A stretch of 64,000 bases of DNA from an uncultured Bacilli bacterium (lineage in GTDB: Bacteria; Bacillota_I; Bacilli_A; RF39; UBA660): positions 1,430-65,429 of the forward strand of contig CAJTRV010000001.1 in NCBI GenBank assembly GCA_910578855.1, given 5' to 3'. Positions 27,082-38,137 of the stretch are shown here, piece after piece (the stretch's first letter is position 1; each line of letters begins with the position of its first letter). Both the position numbers and the translations under genes were made by a program. A model generated the notes under the pieces. That model saw only the letters and a list, made by a program, of their open reading frames with translations. It ran no database searches and was not told the DNA's origin.

Positions 27082-29865
27082 GTGCTTTTTATTTGTCTAT
27101 TATTTAGACAGAAATTAAAGAAGGGGGAAAAATTTTTGAAAAAATTAACGAAATATTTATTAGTTGCTGTTGGATTACTTATAGGTGCAACAGTTAATGC
27201 ACAATCAGTGTCTGCTGCAACTTTAAACTATGATTTTTCTGGTTATTGGTATGAACGTCAAAATGGTGATGGTTCAGATCATTCATCATGGAAACTAGAA
27301 AATTATTATGTAGATGGTCAAACTGCATATTGTATAGAACCGGGAGTACCAGAAGGAAATCCAATGTATCCAGCTGATTGGAATGCAACTGGTCTTAGCC
27401 CATCAATTAAAGATAGATTAACTTTAGTTGCTTATTATGGATATACTTATCCAGGACATCAAACTGTTAAATATCATGCTGCTACACAAGCAATGATTTG
27501 GGAATCAATTTTAGGAAATGGTTCTTGGGTTAGATTTTCAACAGCAAGATGGAATGGAGGTACTCCTTTAGATGTATCAGCAGAACGTGCTGAAATTGAA
27601 AACTTAATTGCTCATCATAGGGATTTACCAAGTTTTAGTGGGCAAGTACATAGATTACAAGTTGGAGAAACATTAGTATTAACTGATACAAATAATGTTT
27701 TATCTAATTATGATGTAAGTGTTAGTAATGCTAGTGTTAGTGTGAATGGAAATCAATTAACAATCGTTCCTACAGAAAGTGGAACAATTGATTTAAATTT
27801 AACTAAAAAACAAGTTTATTCTAGCGGATATAAATTATTTGTTGGAGATAAAATTCAAAATATGATTGTACCGGGAGCAGTTGATCCAGTACGAACAAAA
27901 GTAAGAATTAATTCTTATAAAAGTGTAGTAAAAGGACATAAGTATGATACAGAAACTGGTGTAGCTCAAGGACAAGCTACATTAAAAGGTGCAACTTATG
28001 GCGTTTATGAAGAATCAACTGGCAAATTAGTTACAACTGTAACAACAGATGAAAATGGATATTTTCAAAGTGCAGCAGTTTTAACATATAAAAAATATTA
28101 TTTACAAGAAATTAGTTCAAGTAATGGATATTTACTAGATGCAACAAAGTATTATTTTGATATAAGAAATAAAGATAGTATAGAAGTAGATGTAAAAGAA
28201 GATGTTGTAAAAAACTACATTAGTATTTTAAAACAATACGATTATGTAGATGGTAATACAACATTTTTAAATGCAGAAAAAGGTATTACTTTTGAAATTT
28301 ACTATCCAAATGGAGATAAATGGGGTGAAGTAACTACAGATAAAAATGGTTATGCAACTATTGAAATTCCTTATGGAGTATGGAAATTTCATCAAGTAAA
28401 CACAAATACTGGATTTGAAAAAATCTATGATTTCTTCATTACTGTTGATTATGATAGTTCAAAAGAACAATACTATAACATTTTAAATAATAAATTATCA
28501 GCATATTTACAAGTGTTTAAAACTGATTCTGAAACAGGAGAAACAATTGCTATAGCTGACACTACATTTAAAATTTATAATATGGATACAAAACAATATG
28601 TATCACAATATGTTGCTGGAAAAGTATATGATACTTTTAAAACTGATGAAAATGGTAAATTCATTACATATTTAAAATTAGAGGCAGGAAATTATAAGTT
28701 AGTTGAGATTTCAAGCCCACATAATTACTTATTAGATAGTGAAGGAATGACATTTACCATAGGAAATGATACTCATTACAATTACACTACTTATGGTGCT
28801 TTTGTAACTGTATATTTCAAAGATAAGGTAATTAAAGGCCAAGTAGAAATTAATAAAACTGGTGAAGTTCCTGTAATTAAAGATGGAACATATACTTATG
28901 AAGTAAAATCATTAGAAGGTGTAACTTTTGAAATTTATGCGAATGAAGATATTTTATCTGCTGATGGTAATCATTTATATTATAGTAAAGGTGAATTAGT
29001 TGATACAATTACTACTAATAGTGAAGGTTATGCAATAAGTAAAGAACTTTATTTAGGTTCTTATTATTTAGTTGAGGTAAAAACTTTAGATAAAATGGTT
29101 TTAAATGATGAAAAATACTATTTTACGTTAGAAGAAATCGATAATAAAACAAGTATTGTTTATGAAAGTTATAGTGCTTTAAATTATTACAAAAAAGGTG
29201 AATTAGAATTTAGTAAAACAGATCTTACAACTGGTAAGGGAGTAGCAGATACTAAGGTTGAAATTTTCCATATCAATGAAGATACTGATGAAAGAGAACT
29301 TGTATTTACCGGTGTTACAGATAAGGAAGGTAAGATAAAAATTACTGATTTATTTGTAGGCAAATTTGTAATCATTGAAACTGAGGCAGCAACTGGTTAT
29401 AAACTAAGTGATGAAGAGGTTTCATTTGAAATTAAAGAAAACGGTGAAATAGTTAAAGCTAATATGACTAATGAAAAAATTACATCTACTGTTGGAATTC
29501 ATAAAGTAGATGAAGATGGTAAACCAATTAAAGGGGTTACAATAGGTGTTTATGATTTAGATGGTAACTTAATTTATTCTGGTGTAACTGATGAAAATGG
29601 GGATATTGAATTTGTTGTTGAATATGGCTCATATTATTTTCAAGAAATTGCTACATTAGACGAATTTGAATTATCAGATGAAAAAGTATATTTTGATGTA
29701 ACAGAGGATGGAGAATATATCCAAAAAACATTAGTTAATGAATTAAAAGAAATTGAAGTACCAAATACATCATCAAATACTTATATTGATATTATTGCTG
29801 GTGCTATTGTTTTATTAGGTACTGGTTTAATAATTGTTTCAAGCAAAAGAAAAAATAAAAAATAA
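27082..29865 (+). CDS. Surface adhesin with repeated Cna-B/SpaA-type (isopeptide-bond Ig-like) domains and C-terminal cell-wall sorting signal (start probably TTG/ATG near 27136)
   Basis: Signal peptide LLVAVGLLIGATVNAQSVSA. Repeated blocks of about 90 aa with G(Y/F)...E...AP.GY motifs. C-terminal EVPNTSS + hydrophobic helix + KRKNKK tail. Confidence 0.7.
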   Translation: MLFICLLFRQKLKKGEKFLKKLTKYLLVAVGLLIGATVNAQSVSAATLNYDFSGYWYERQNGDGSDHSSWKLENYYVDGQTAYCIEPGVPEGNPMYPADWNATGLSPSIKDRLTLVAYYGYTYPGHQTVKYHAATQAMIWESILGNGSWVRFSTARWNGGTPLDVSAERAEIENLIAHHRDLPSFSGQVHRLQVGETLVLTDTNNVLSNYDVSVSNASVSVNGNQLTIVPTESGTIDLNLTKKQVYSSGYKLFVGDKIQNMIVPGAVDPVRTKVRINSYKSVVKGHKYDTETGVAQGQATLKGATYGVYEESTGKLVTTVTTDENGYFQSAAVLTYKKYYLQEISSSNGYLLDATKYYFDIRNKDSIEVDVKEDVVKNYISILKQYDYVDGNTTFLNAEKGITFEIYYPNGDKWGEVTTDKNGYATIEIPYGVWKFHQVNTNTGFEKIYDFFITVDYDSSKEQYYNILNNKLSAYLQVFKTDSETGETIAIADTTFKIYNMDTKQYVSQYVAGKVYDTFKTDENGKFITYLKLEAGNYKLVEISSPHNYLLDSEGMTFTIGNDTHYNYTTYGAFVTVYFKDKVIKGQVEINKTGEVPVIKDGTYTYEVKSLEGVTFEIYANEDILSADGNHLYYSKGELVDTITTNSEGYAISKELYLGSYYLVEVKTLDKMVLNDEKYYFTLEEIDNKTSIVYESYSALNYYKKGELEFSKTDLTTGKGVADTKVEIFHINEDTDERELVFTGVTDKEGKIKITDLFVGKFVIIETEAATGYKLSDEEVSFEIKENGEIVKANMTNEKITSTVGIHKVDEDGKPIKGVTIGVYDLDGNLIYSGVTDENGDIEFVVEYGSYYFQEIATLDEFELSDEKVYFDVTEDGEYIQKTLVNELKEIEVPNTSSNTYIDIIAGAIVLLGTGLIIVSSKRKNKK

Positions 29866-29943
29866 GATATAAAAGAATAAAGGGGTTTTGGTTTTTATAT
29901 AGATTAAGTTATTACTATGAAATAAAAGAAGGGGGAATGTAAA

Positions 29944-30321
29944 ATGAATAGTATTAATAAGTTTTGTGTTATGGGTAGATTAGTTAGAGATCCAGAATTA
30001 AAAGAATTAGAAAATGGAAGTAAAGTAGCTAATGTTACTCTTGCTGTTGATAGAGATTATAAAGATAAGGAAGGCAATAAAATTACTGATTTCCTTAATT
30101 ATTCTCTATGGAATAAAGATGCTGAAAGAATTACTGATTTTAGTAAAAAAGGTGCAATTGTTTGTTTAGAAGGTTCATTTAATGATAGAGAGATTGAAAT
30201 AGGTGATGGTAAAAAAATTCATACATTTAATCCAGTTGTTGAAGTTTATAGACATATTGCTAATGCTAAAAATATGGATTCTGAAGTCGTAAATACTAAT
30301 GAAGAAGAGATGGCAAAATAA
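29944..30321 (+). CDS. ssb: Single-stranded DNA-binding protein (short OB-fold SSB)
   Basis: VMGRLVRDPELKEL.NGSKVANVTLAVDR....DFLNYSLWNKDAERI.DFSKKG parallels the SSB OB-fold consensus. Confidence 0.65.
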   Translation: MNSINKFCVMGRLVRDPELKELENGSKVANVTLAVDRDYKDKEGNKITDFLNYSLWNKDAERITDFSKKGAIVCLEGSFNDREIEIGDGKKIHTFNPVVEVYRHIANAKNMDSEVVNTNEEEMAK

Positions 30322-30323
30322 TT

Positions 30324-30911
30324 ATGATTGATACAAATAAAACATATAGTTTGGCTGAATTATTAAACCTATACAATATGTATAATTTAGAATTTAAATT
30401 TTATGGTAATAACAAAAATGGAAAGTTAGAAGTTTACATGAAAACAGATGTTGATAAAATATCTGTTTTTTCTTCTATCAATCCTAATATGACTAAAAAT
30501 GATTATATAAATCTTAGTGAAAATGAAGCTAAAAAAGTTGAATTTAAATTTGATAGGGAGGTATTAGATGTGGAATTAGATATAGTTGCTGTTGTTTTAA
30601 AAACAAGTGATGTAAATATACCATCTACTAAATATTCTTTAGAAACTTTAGATAGACTTACTAAAGAACAAGATCAAGAAGATAGAGAAGTTAAAGATGG
30701 TGAACAAGATGGTATTTGCTATTTCATAGTAGATCATAATACCGGTTGTAATCTTTATGATGGTGTTTATACATTTGATAAAAACAATAAAGGTTTAATT
30801 GAAGATTTAAAAGATAAATACGAAGAAGAAGATAATCAATTATTAAAAGATAATTTAAAGTTGATTTTAGATTATTGCAAAGAGTTAGGAAATAAAGAAA
30901 TAACTAGATAA
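30324..30911 (+). CDS. Hypothetical acidic protein
   Basis: ORF only. Confidence 0.35.
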   Translation: MIDTNKTYSLAELLNLYNMYNLEFKFYGNNKNGKLEVYMKTDVDKISVFSSINPNMTKNDYINLSENEAKKVEFKFDREVLDVELDIVAVVLKTSDVNIPSTKYSLETLDRLTKEQDQEDREVKDGEQDGICYFIVDHNTGCNLYDGVYTFDKNNKGLIEDLKDKYEEEDNQLLKDNLKLILDYCKELGNKEITR

Positions 30912-30914
30912 TAT

Positions 30915-31301
30915 TTGATAAGAAAAAAGGGGGAATTTATTTTGATAGAAAAATTAAAAAAAATAAAAGATAAAATAGATTTAACTATGGTTGGAATATT
31001 TACTTTTGCTCTTAGTATTATAGGTAATATTCAATCAGTATATGCAGTTGATAAAATTGAAGGCGGAAATATAACTATTGATTCGCTTGGTACAATAATT
31101 AAAAACTTAGCTACAAAAATTCAAGTTTTTGGTATTGTTGTTTCTTTCATAGCACTTGTTGTTTTTGTTATTCAATTTATTATTGGTGATGATGAAACTA
31201 AGCAAAGAAGAAAGAAAACAATTCTTTATACGCTAGGTGGTGTAGCATTACTTATTTTAGTTCCTAGTATAATCAATTTTGTTATTGATACACTAAAGTA
31301 G
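30915..31301 (+). CDS. Small membrane protein, possible T4SS pilin-like/VirB2-like component
   Basis: Signal-like N-terminus ending ...VYA plus two TM helices. Located at the start of the T4SS block. Confidence 0.35.
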   Translation: MIRKKGEFILIEKLKKIKDKIDLTMVGIFTFALSIIGNIQSVYAVDKIEGGNITIDSLGTIIKNLATKIQVFGIVVSFIALVVFVIQFIIGDDETKQRRKKTILYTLGGVALLILVPSIINFVIDTLK

Positions 31302-31308
31302 GGATAAT

Positions 31309-32973
31309 ATGTTTTATACATTAAGTATTGCTAGTGATATTAAATATAGTGTACTTGATATATTAAGGGGTTTAGGAATGGGAATTGTCAATATCATCTT
31401 TAAAACAATAGATGTTTTATATGATGTTGCACATAGTATAAATAGTTTAAATTTTATAGAAATGCTTAAAAATGTTGATAATTCTCCATTTACTAAAATA
31501 TTTAATGCTTTTTTTATACTGGCATTTGCACTTTTATTTTTATTTTCAGTTTGGAAATTAACATTTAGAATATTAGATGCAGATAGTAATGAACAACCAT
31601 TATTTGATTTAGTAAAAGAAATAGTCAAATGTGGTTTCTTAATATTTTCAGTATATTTAATATTTAATACGACTATTAATTTAGGAATAAATTTATCAAA
31701 TGCTATCTATAATAATTTTAATGCAAATAATTCTACAATAGGAGATAAGATGAAAACAGCTTATTTGTCTATTAATGAGTCATGTTACAAAGTTGATGGT
31801 GGAGATAAAGTTGACTCTAAGAACGTTAAAGATTTAAAAGATAAATTAAGTGGATATTCAAATACTTCATCAGCAACTACAATGAAAGACTTTGAAAAAT
31901 TAATAAGAAATAATACGATAACTGCAAGTGATGTCTCGGATAGTGGGGCTTTCTCTTTTAGGTGTAACATTTATAAACCGGGTATTTGGAATGATAGTGA
32001 AGATTATGCTTTTAATTATAATTTCTTATTTGGAATCGTAATTGGTGCAATTTTTTTATTTGCTGTTGGCTTTTCTGTCCTGATGCTTGGTAGAAGGCAA
32101 TTAGAACTTGCTTTTTTAATGGTTATATCTCCACTAGTTATTGCAACTAGTGTTGGAAGAAAAGAACAAAGATCCGCGTTATATCAACAACTTGCTTCTC
32201 TGGTGTTACAAGCTGGTGCAATAATGTTATTAATAGGTTTAACTTCTATTATGTTCAATGCTATTCAAAATAGTGCTGATATTAATAAGTTAAATTACTT
32301 TACAAAAATAGTAGCTCAATCGGTTCTATATTTAGGTTGTGCAATGATGCTTATGACAGGTTGTACTTCTTTAAATAGATTTATTGGTGAAAATGTATCT
32401 GCAAATAGTGGTCGTGATATGATGATGGCTATGCGTGGATTAGGTGGAGGAATTGCAGCAGCAACTGGAGTTGGAATTGGTGCAGCTGGGGCAGCAGTAG
32501 GAATTGCTAAAGGTGGAGTAAAGGCTGGTAAAGGAATTGGTCAACTTGCTAAAGGTGGAGTTCAAACTGCTAAAGGAATGTATCATGGAATTGCAAGCGT
32601 TCATCCAAAAATGAATGCTGGTATATCAAAACGAATGAATGACAAAGTTGGTAAAGGCATAGGACAAATGATGAAGGGATCTGATTTACAACAAAGCAGT
32701 AATCCATTTGCTCGTGCTTATGGACGAATGCTTGAATCACGTGGAGAAGGTAATGTTAAAGATGCTGCAAGTAAATGGGATTTCACAAATGATAAATATA
32801 ATGTAGATTATGTTCGCGGTGGAGTTTCACTAGCTAGAGAAGGTATTGATAATATTAAAAGTGGTTTTGGTGGTGCATTTAATGGCATTAGAAATATAGG
32901 TAATCCACATAGTAGTAGATACCATTCAAGGCCAAGAATAAGCGATTATGAAAGTGAATCAGATAGATTATAA
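31309..32973 (+). CDS. Polytopic membrane protein, VirB6/TcpH-like conjugation channel component
   Basis: Multiple TM helices, Gly-rich C-terminal segment. Position between the pilin-like gene and VirB4. Confidence 0.5.
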   Translation: MFYTLSIASDIKYSVLDILRGLGMGIVNIIFKTIDVLYDVAHSINSLNFIEMLKNVDNSPFTKIFNAFFILAFALLFLFSVWKLTFRILDADSNEQPLFDLVKEIVKCGFLIFSVYLIFNTTINLGINLSNAIYNNFNANNSTIGDKMKTAYLSINESCYKVDGGDKVDSKNVKDLKDKLSGYSNTSSATTMKDFEKLIRNNTITASDVSDSGAFSFRCNIYKPGIWNDSEDYAFNYNFLFGIVIGAIFLFAVGFSVLMLGRRQLELAFLMVISPLVIATSVGRKEQRSALYQQLASLVLQAGAIMLLIGLTSIMFNAIQNSADINKLNYFTKIVAQSVLYLGCAMMLMTGCTSLNRFIGENVSANSGRDMMMAMRGLGGGIAAATGVGIGAAGAAVGIAKGGVKAGKGIGQLAKGGVQTAKGMYHGIASVHPKMNAGISKRMNDKVGKGIGQMMKGSDLQQSSNPFARAYGRMLESRGEGNVKDAASKWDFTNDKYNVDYVRGGVSLAREGIDNIKSGFGGAFNGIRNIGNPHSSRYHSRPRISDYESESDRL

Positions 32974-32981
32974 AGGAGAGG

Positions 32982-33254
32982 ATGGATAAGATGTATATAA
33001 CATTAAAAAGTATAAAAAGAAATTTAGGTTTATTTAATTTAGAGTTTGAAGATTTAATTATAGGTGGGATTTTTATTTTAATTTTCACTATATTATTTCT
33101 ACTTAAAATTTATACTTTATCAATAGTGATTATCTCTCTTGGTATTTTATCATTAGTTCCTATGGATTTTAGTAAATGCAATAGAATGTATAAGTTGTTT
33201 ATTTTATTTGCAAAGTATTTATTTAAGAATAAAAATTATTACTATTTTAAATGA
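32982..33254 (+). CDS. Small membrane protein (VirB3/PrgI-like position)
   Basis: Two hydrophobic helices. Immediately upstream of VirB4. Confidence 0.35.
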   Translation: MDKMYITLKSIKRNLGLFNLEFEDLIIGGIFILIFTILFLLKIYTLSIVIISLGILSLVPMDFSKCNRMYKLFILFAKYLFKNKNYYYFK

Positions 33255-33280
33255 TAATATAAATAAAAGGGGGTATATAT

Positions 33281-35758
33281 TTGATTATAAAAAGTAAGGA
33301 TGAAAGAAAAAAATTAAAAGAAGAAAAGAAAAAGAAAAGAGAAGAAAAAAATGTATTAAAAGCTAAGACTAAAAAGAAAGATACTTATCTTAGTAAAAAT
33401 ATGTTAAAGAAAAAAATACAAAATGCTCAAATGTTTTGTAATGTAAAGGAAATAACTGATAATGGTCTAATAAAATTAAAATCAGATCAAGTTGCTATCT
33501 TTTACAAGGTAAGTCCTATTGACTTATCTCTTACAAATGATAATGAGCAAAAATTATTTTTTCATACATTATCAAAACTTTATAGATTACCTTTTGTAAT
33601 TAAAGCATATAAGTTTGATGAAAAAATAAATTTAAATATAAATAAAGAAAATTATGAAAAATTAATTGAAGAAAATTCAGATAATAAGACAAGAGCTAAT
33701 TTACTTATTAATAATCATAACTTTATTGAAATGATAGAGGCAGAGAATATGACTTCTGCTTCTTCTTATTATTTTGCACTTATTTGCAAAAATAAAGAGG
33801 CATTAGATAAAGCTAAAGAGGATTTTGAAAGAACTTGTGATGCAATAGTTCCTAAGTTAGATATAGAACTTGTTGATAATAAAAAATGGCTTATTAAAGT
33901 ATTTACAAATTTATATTATTCTAATACTAATTTAGATCAAATTATGTATTATGATTTTATGGATTTATTATCACCACTTAGAATATCAGAATTACCATCA
34001 TATTTAAAAGTAGATAATGAAGAAATACAAATGGTTAGTATTAAAAATTATCCACTTTTTATTGAGCATGGCTTTTTAGATAGAATAATTAATTTACCAA
34101 ATGTAAAAGCTAGTGTAACTATTAAAGATACAATTGAACAATCCAAACTATTAAATGTATTAAATAGTAGTTTTAAAGCAGTATTAGCTGATTATAATTC
34201 ATCTAAAAATTTAAGTGATGTAACAGAGATGCAATCACTTATGAATAACTATAAACTTTTAATTGAACAAATCTCTGCAAATGATGAAAAGGTCAAAGAA
34301 GTATCAATTATTTTAGCTATAAGTGGTACTAAAAAGCAAAGAGAAGAAATATTAAAAGAGATTAAAACTAATGCTGAATTATATCAAATTAAAGTTGATG
34401 TTCCTAATTTAAGACAAATGTCTGCATGGCAAGGTTTTGAACTTACTGATAAGGGATTATCTGATTATGCAATGTATTTACCAACATCCACTTTAGCATC
34501 AGCATTTTTCTTTACTGAAAATTATCATAATGATTCTACAGGTTGGCTTATTGGTGAAGATTGTAATTATGGACTTCCAACTTTCTTTGATCAGTTTACT
34601 TTAACTAAAAATAGAACTGGGCATAATATGAGTGTAATTGGTACAACTGGAAGTGGTAAAAGTTTTCTTTTAAAATTGCTTATTACTAATGAATTTGCTA
34701 GAGGTACAAAATTATTTTTATTTGATATAGAAAATGAGCTTGAAAAATTAACTAATAGATGTGGAGGAGAATATATAGATTTATCTAGTAAGAGTTTAAT
34801 TAATCCATTACAGATTAGATATGTTTCTACTGATGATGATGGTGAAACATCTATATTAGGTAAACATTTGGGATTCTTAGAAAATTTCTTTATTACAGCA
34901 TTTGAAGATATATCAGAGAAAGAACTTGTTGTTCTTCTTGATATAGTAGAAAAATTTTATAATTCAAGAGGAATAACTAAAAAAACTACATTAGAAGAAT
35001 TTGAAAATATGACAGCTAAAGACTATCCAATATTTTCAGATTTATATGCTTTTCTCTTAGAACAACAAAGAAATACTAAAACAAAAGAGTTAGAAAGAAT
35101 TTTAGTTAATATTGAAGTTCTATTAAAAAGAATGGTTACAGGCCAAGATGGTAATTTATATAATGGTATAACGACTATTGATTTAAGTAATAATCTAGTC
35201 GTTTTTAATTTACAAGAATTATTATTTAATTCTTCTCGTAGATTAATAAATACTCAAATGATTAATTTACTTACATATTTAAGTAATGAAATTGTTGATA
35301 ATAAAAAGAAGAATGATAAGAAAAATAAAAAGCAAAATATGCTTATAGTTGTAGATGAATTTCATTATTTTATAGATGAAGATAATCCAACATTATTAAA
35401 ATATTTTGGTCAAATGGCAAGGCGTCTAAGAAAGTATAACAGTGGTATAGTCGTTGCGACACAACAACCTTCTGATCTAACCAGTTCAGCAGGAGTTTTA
35501 AGACATGCTTCAAGTTTATTTGGAAATTGTCAGTATCAAATAACAGGTATGTTAAAGGATAATGATCTACAAGCTATTGAAAAGATATATGCTAATACAC
35601 CACTTACTGAAACTCAAAAGAGCTTTTTAAGTAAATGTGGTCAAGGTCAATTTCTAGTTAATATAACTAATAAGAATAGACTTAGAATTAATGTTTTTGC
35701 AACACCACTTCAACTTTACTATATGGGTGAATCTGATGAATTTCCTAGTGGAGCATAA
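33281..35758 (+). CDS. Conjugal transfer ATPase VirB4/TcpF/TrsE family
   Basis: Walker A GTTGSGKSF, Walker B VVDEFHYF, about 825 aa. Confidence 0.8.
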   Translation: MIIKSKDERKKLKEEKKKKREEKNVLKAKTKKKDTYLSKNMLKKKIQNAQMFCNVKEITDNGLIKLKSDQVAIFYKVSPIDLSLTNDNEQKLFFHTLSKLYRLPFVIKAYKFDEKINLNINKENYEKLIEENSDNKTRANLLINNHNFIEMIEAENMTSASSYYFALICKNKEALDKAKEDFERTCDAIVPKLDIELVDNKKWLIKVFTNLYYSNTNLDQIMYYDFMDLLSPLRISELPSYLKVDNEEIQMVSIKNYPLFIEHGFLDRIINLPNVKASVTIKDTIEQSKLLNVLNSSFKAVLADYNSSKNLSDVTEMQSLMNNYKLLIEQISANDEKVKEVSIILAISGTKKQREEILKEIKTNAELYQIKVDVPNLRQMSAWQGFELTDKGLSDYAMYLPTSTLASAFFFTENYHNDSTGWLIGEDCNYGLPTFFDQFTLTKNRTGHNMSVIGTTGSGKSFLLKLLITNEFARGTKLFLFDIENELEKLTNRCGGEYIDLSSKSLINPLQIRYVSTDDDGETSILGKHLGFLENFFITAFEDISEKELVVLLDIVEKFYNSRGITKKTTLEEFENMTAKDYPIFSDLYAFLLEQQRNTKTKELERILVNIEVLLKRMVTGQDGNLYNGITTIDLSNNLVVFNLQELLFNSSRRLINTQMINLLTYLSNEIVDNKKKNDKKNKKQNMLIVVDEFHYFIDEDNPTLLKYFGQMARRLRKYNSGIVVATQQPSDLTSSAGVLRHASSLFGNCQYQITGMLKDNDLQAIEKIYANTPLTETQKSFLSKCGQGQFLVNITNKNRLRINVFATPLQLYYMGESDEFPSGA

Positions 35759-36765
35759 TGGGTAAGCTTTTAAAAGTAAAGGTTTTTCTAATAACAATTT
35801 GTGCAGGATTTTTAATCGCTCTTATTTTGATTGTAGTTATGGCTGTTTGTGGATATAAAGTCGGAGAAGCTTATGTAAATGAACAAGTAAATCAAATGAG
35901 AGCTAATTCTGTTGTAATTAATAGTCAGTTATATGCTGAAAGATATAGATCCATATTAAATAAATATTTGGCTTCAAAAGGATATGTATCATTAGAAAGA
36001 ATGGTATTTTATCTTCAAAAAACAAATAATGTCTTAGATACATCTACATTAAGCTATGATGTTTGGGAAAAAGCATATTTGGATAATTTAAATGAACAAG
36101 AAAAACAAATGATACCAATTAAAACAATGTGTAAAAAATTAAATGCTGATACATCTATTCCTGCTTTCACAGTTGAAAATGGTTTAAATGCAGATGGAGT
36201 TGCAATAGATGTAATTGATTTGTGTACAGTTGATGGAGTGGATATAACACAAAGTGATGAGTATAATGAGGTTTATTATCCATTACCTTATACATTTCCA
36301 TTAAGAACAAATTTTACTGTTACATCTATTGCATTTGAACATAGAAGTGTAGATTTAGGAAATATATCAGCAGAACAACAAGCTAGTACAAATTTTCATT
36401 CTGGTTGGGATTTAGCAGTACCAATAGGAACAAATTTTTATAGTATTTGTGATGGAACAGTATCTAATATAACTAATACACAGGCAAATGATTTACCATT
36501 TAAAAAATCTGGAAATTCAACAGGTAATTATATGATGGTTACTTGTAGTAATGGTTTTACAGCTATGTATTGGCATCTCCAATATAAAAGTCAACCATTT
36601 ACAATAAGAAAAGGAACACTTGTTAGAAAAGGTGAATTACTTGGTAGGACATCCACAACTGGTACATCAACTGGGCCACATCTTCACATGGGTTTAAAAG
36701 ATCCAGAAGGTAATTTGTTGGATGTAATGTCTTATATAGATTTTTCAGAGTATGAGGGAAACTAG
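35758..36765 (+). CDS. M23-family peptidoglycan endopeptidase with N-terminal membrane anchor (conjugation-associated cell-wall hydrolase, TcpG-like role)
   Basis: HSGWDLAVPIGTNFYSICDGTV (HxxxD) and GPHLHMG (HxH). Confidence 0.7.
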   Translation: MGKLLKVKVFLITICAGFLIALILIVVMAVCGYKVGEAYVNEQVNQMRANSVVINSQLYAERYRSILNKYLASKGYVSLERMVFYLQKTNNVLDTSTLSYDVWEKAYLDNLNEQEKQMIPIKTMCKKLNADTSIPAFTVENGLNADGVAIDVIDLCTVDGVDITQSDEYNEVYYPLPYTFPLRTNFTVTSIAFEHRSVDLGNISAEQQASTNFHSGWDLAVPIGTNFYSICDGTVSNITNTQANDLPFKKSGNSTGNYMMVTCSNGFTAMYWHLQYKSQPFTIRKGTLVRKGELLGRTSTTGTSTGPHLHMGLKDPEGNLLDVMSYIDFSEYEGN

Positions 36766-36801
36766 ATTTTTAGTTTCCTTTTTACTTTATCAAAAGGGGG
36801 T

Positions 36802-37047
36802 ATGAAAATGGAATGGATAAAAAATTTTGGGAAAATGATTAAAGGCGAAAGATTATCTTGGGGTATGTCAAGAGGACGACTTCAAAGATTATCACATGTT
36901 GATAGAGAAACAATTACAGATATAGAAAATGGTAAAATATTAAATCCTGATTTTTATGAAATGCTAAATATTTGTGAAGCATTAGATACATCTGTTTATT
37001 TTTACTTAAAAGATATAGATAAAGAAAAGAAGGATAAATATGATTAA
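36802..37047 (+). CDS. Small HTH (XRE-like) protein
   Basis: LSWGMSRGRLQRLSHVDRETITDIENGK. Confidence 0.4.
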   Translation: MKMEWIKNFGKMIKGERLSWGMSRGRLQRLSHVDRETITDIENGKILNPDFYEMLNICEALDTSVYFYLKDIDKEKKDKYD

Positions 37048-37465
37048 AGATTTTTTAGAAAACTTAAAGGGGAGTAATAGACTTACTAATCATGTACTTG
37101 ATTATTATATAGATGAAAGTGTTGATTATGAATCTACTGATGATTTATTAAGGAGTATGGAAGATTTACAACAATATGGTTGCGTATCTGGAATGATTGG
37201 AGAATTAATTTATTATGATGATACTATTAAATTTTTTGATGAATATAAAGAAGAAATTAATGAAATGTTATCCAATGTAATAGAAGGAACTGGTTGTTCT
37301 ATGGAAGAATTATTTGGAGATAAATTTGATAAGGAAGATCCACTTGTAATAGATTATTCAAATAAAAACCTACTTGCTTGGTTTGGCTTTGAGGAGACAG
37401 TTAATAATTTGTATGAAAACATATATGAAAAATTAAAAAATAATAATTTAGATTATGAATATTAG
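37040..37465 (+). CDS. Hypothetical acidic protein
   Basis: ORF, ATGA-type coupling. D/E/Y rich. Confidence 0.35.
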   Translation: MIKDFLENLKGSNRLTNHVLDYYIDESVDYESTDDLLRSMEDLQQYGCVSGMIGELIYYDDTIKFFDEYKEEINEMLSNVIEGTGCSMEELFGDKFDKEDPLVIDYSNKNLLAWFGFEETVNNLYENIYEKLKNNNLDYEY

Positions 37466-37474
37466 GAGTGATTT

Positions 37475-38014
37475 ATGATAACAAAAACTTGTTATTTTTA
37501 TAATGTTGGAACAACATTTGATAGAAATAATTTAGAATATTTAAAAGATGTTTGGAATTGTAATGGTAATTGCTGCAAATCTGATTTATGTAATGGACTT
37601 AATTGTGAAGAATATGGAATTGACTTTAATAAAGATGATGTACTTAGATATGTAGAAGATTACGTAAAAAAAGGTGTAATTGATACTTATGGCTATATTA
37701 AAAGCGTTGATATAACTTTATCAGAAGATGAATGGAATGATATATATAAATATTTATTAAAAAACTATAATTTTAATTCGATTGAAGATGCCTCTAAAAG
37801 AGGTTTTATTAGTTTTAATTATGGTGATTTAATAGAGGATTATTCTTCTTATTGGGAAGAACCAGATGAATCTTTTTTAAAAACTGGCTTACATACTGTT
37901 GAAAAAAATAAAATTCATATTTTAAGTGAGAATAAATTAAATAAAAAAACTATTAATTGGATTAATAAAAATCTTTATGGAACAGTAAAAGATTTAGAAA
38001 CTATGGAAATTTAG
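37475..38014 (+). CDS. Hypothetical Cys-containing acidic protein (ends ...ETMEI)
   Basis: ORF with RBS. CNGNCCKSDLCNGLNCEEYG Cys cluster. Confidence 0.35.
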   Translation: MITKTCYFYNVGTTFDRNNLEYLKDVWNCNGNCCKSDLCNGLNCEEYGIDFNKDDVLRYVEDYVKKGVIDTYGYIKSVDITLSEDEWNDIYKYLLKNYNFNSIEDASKRGFISFNYGDLIEDYSSYWEEPDESFLKTGLHTVEKNKIHILSENKLNKKTINWINKNLYGTVKDLETMEI

Positions 38015-38137
38015 GAGGAATGATTATGATATGGATTATATTAGGGATTATTGGAAGTATTCTTATGACATTTTTGTATTGTTGTCTAGTAATATCTAGT
38101 AGATGTTCAAGAGAAGAAGAAAAAAGGGAAGAGTTAA

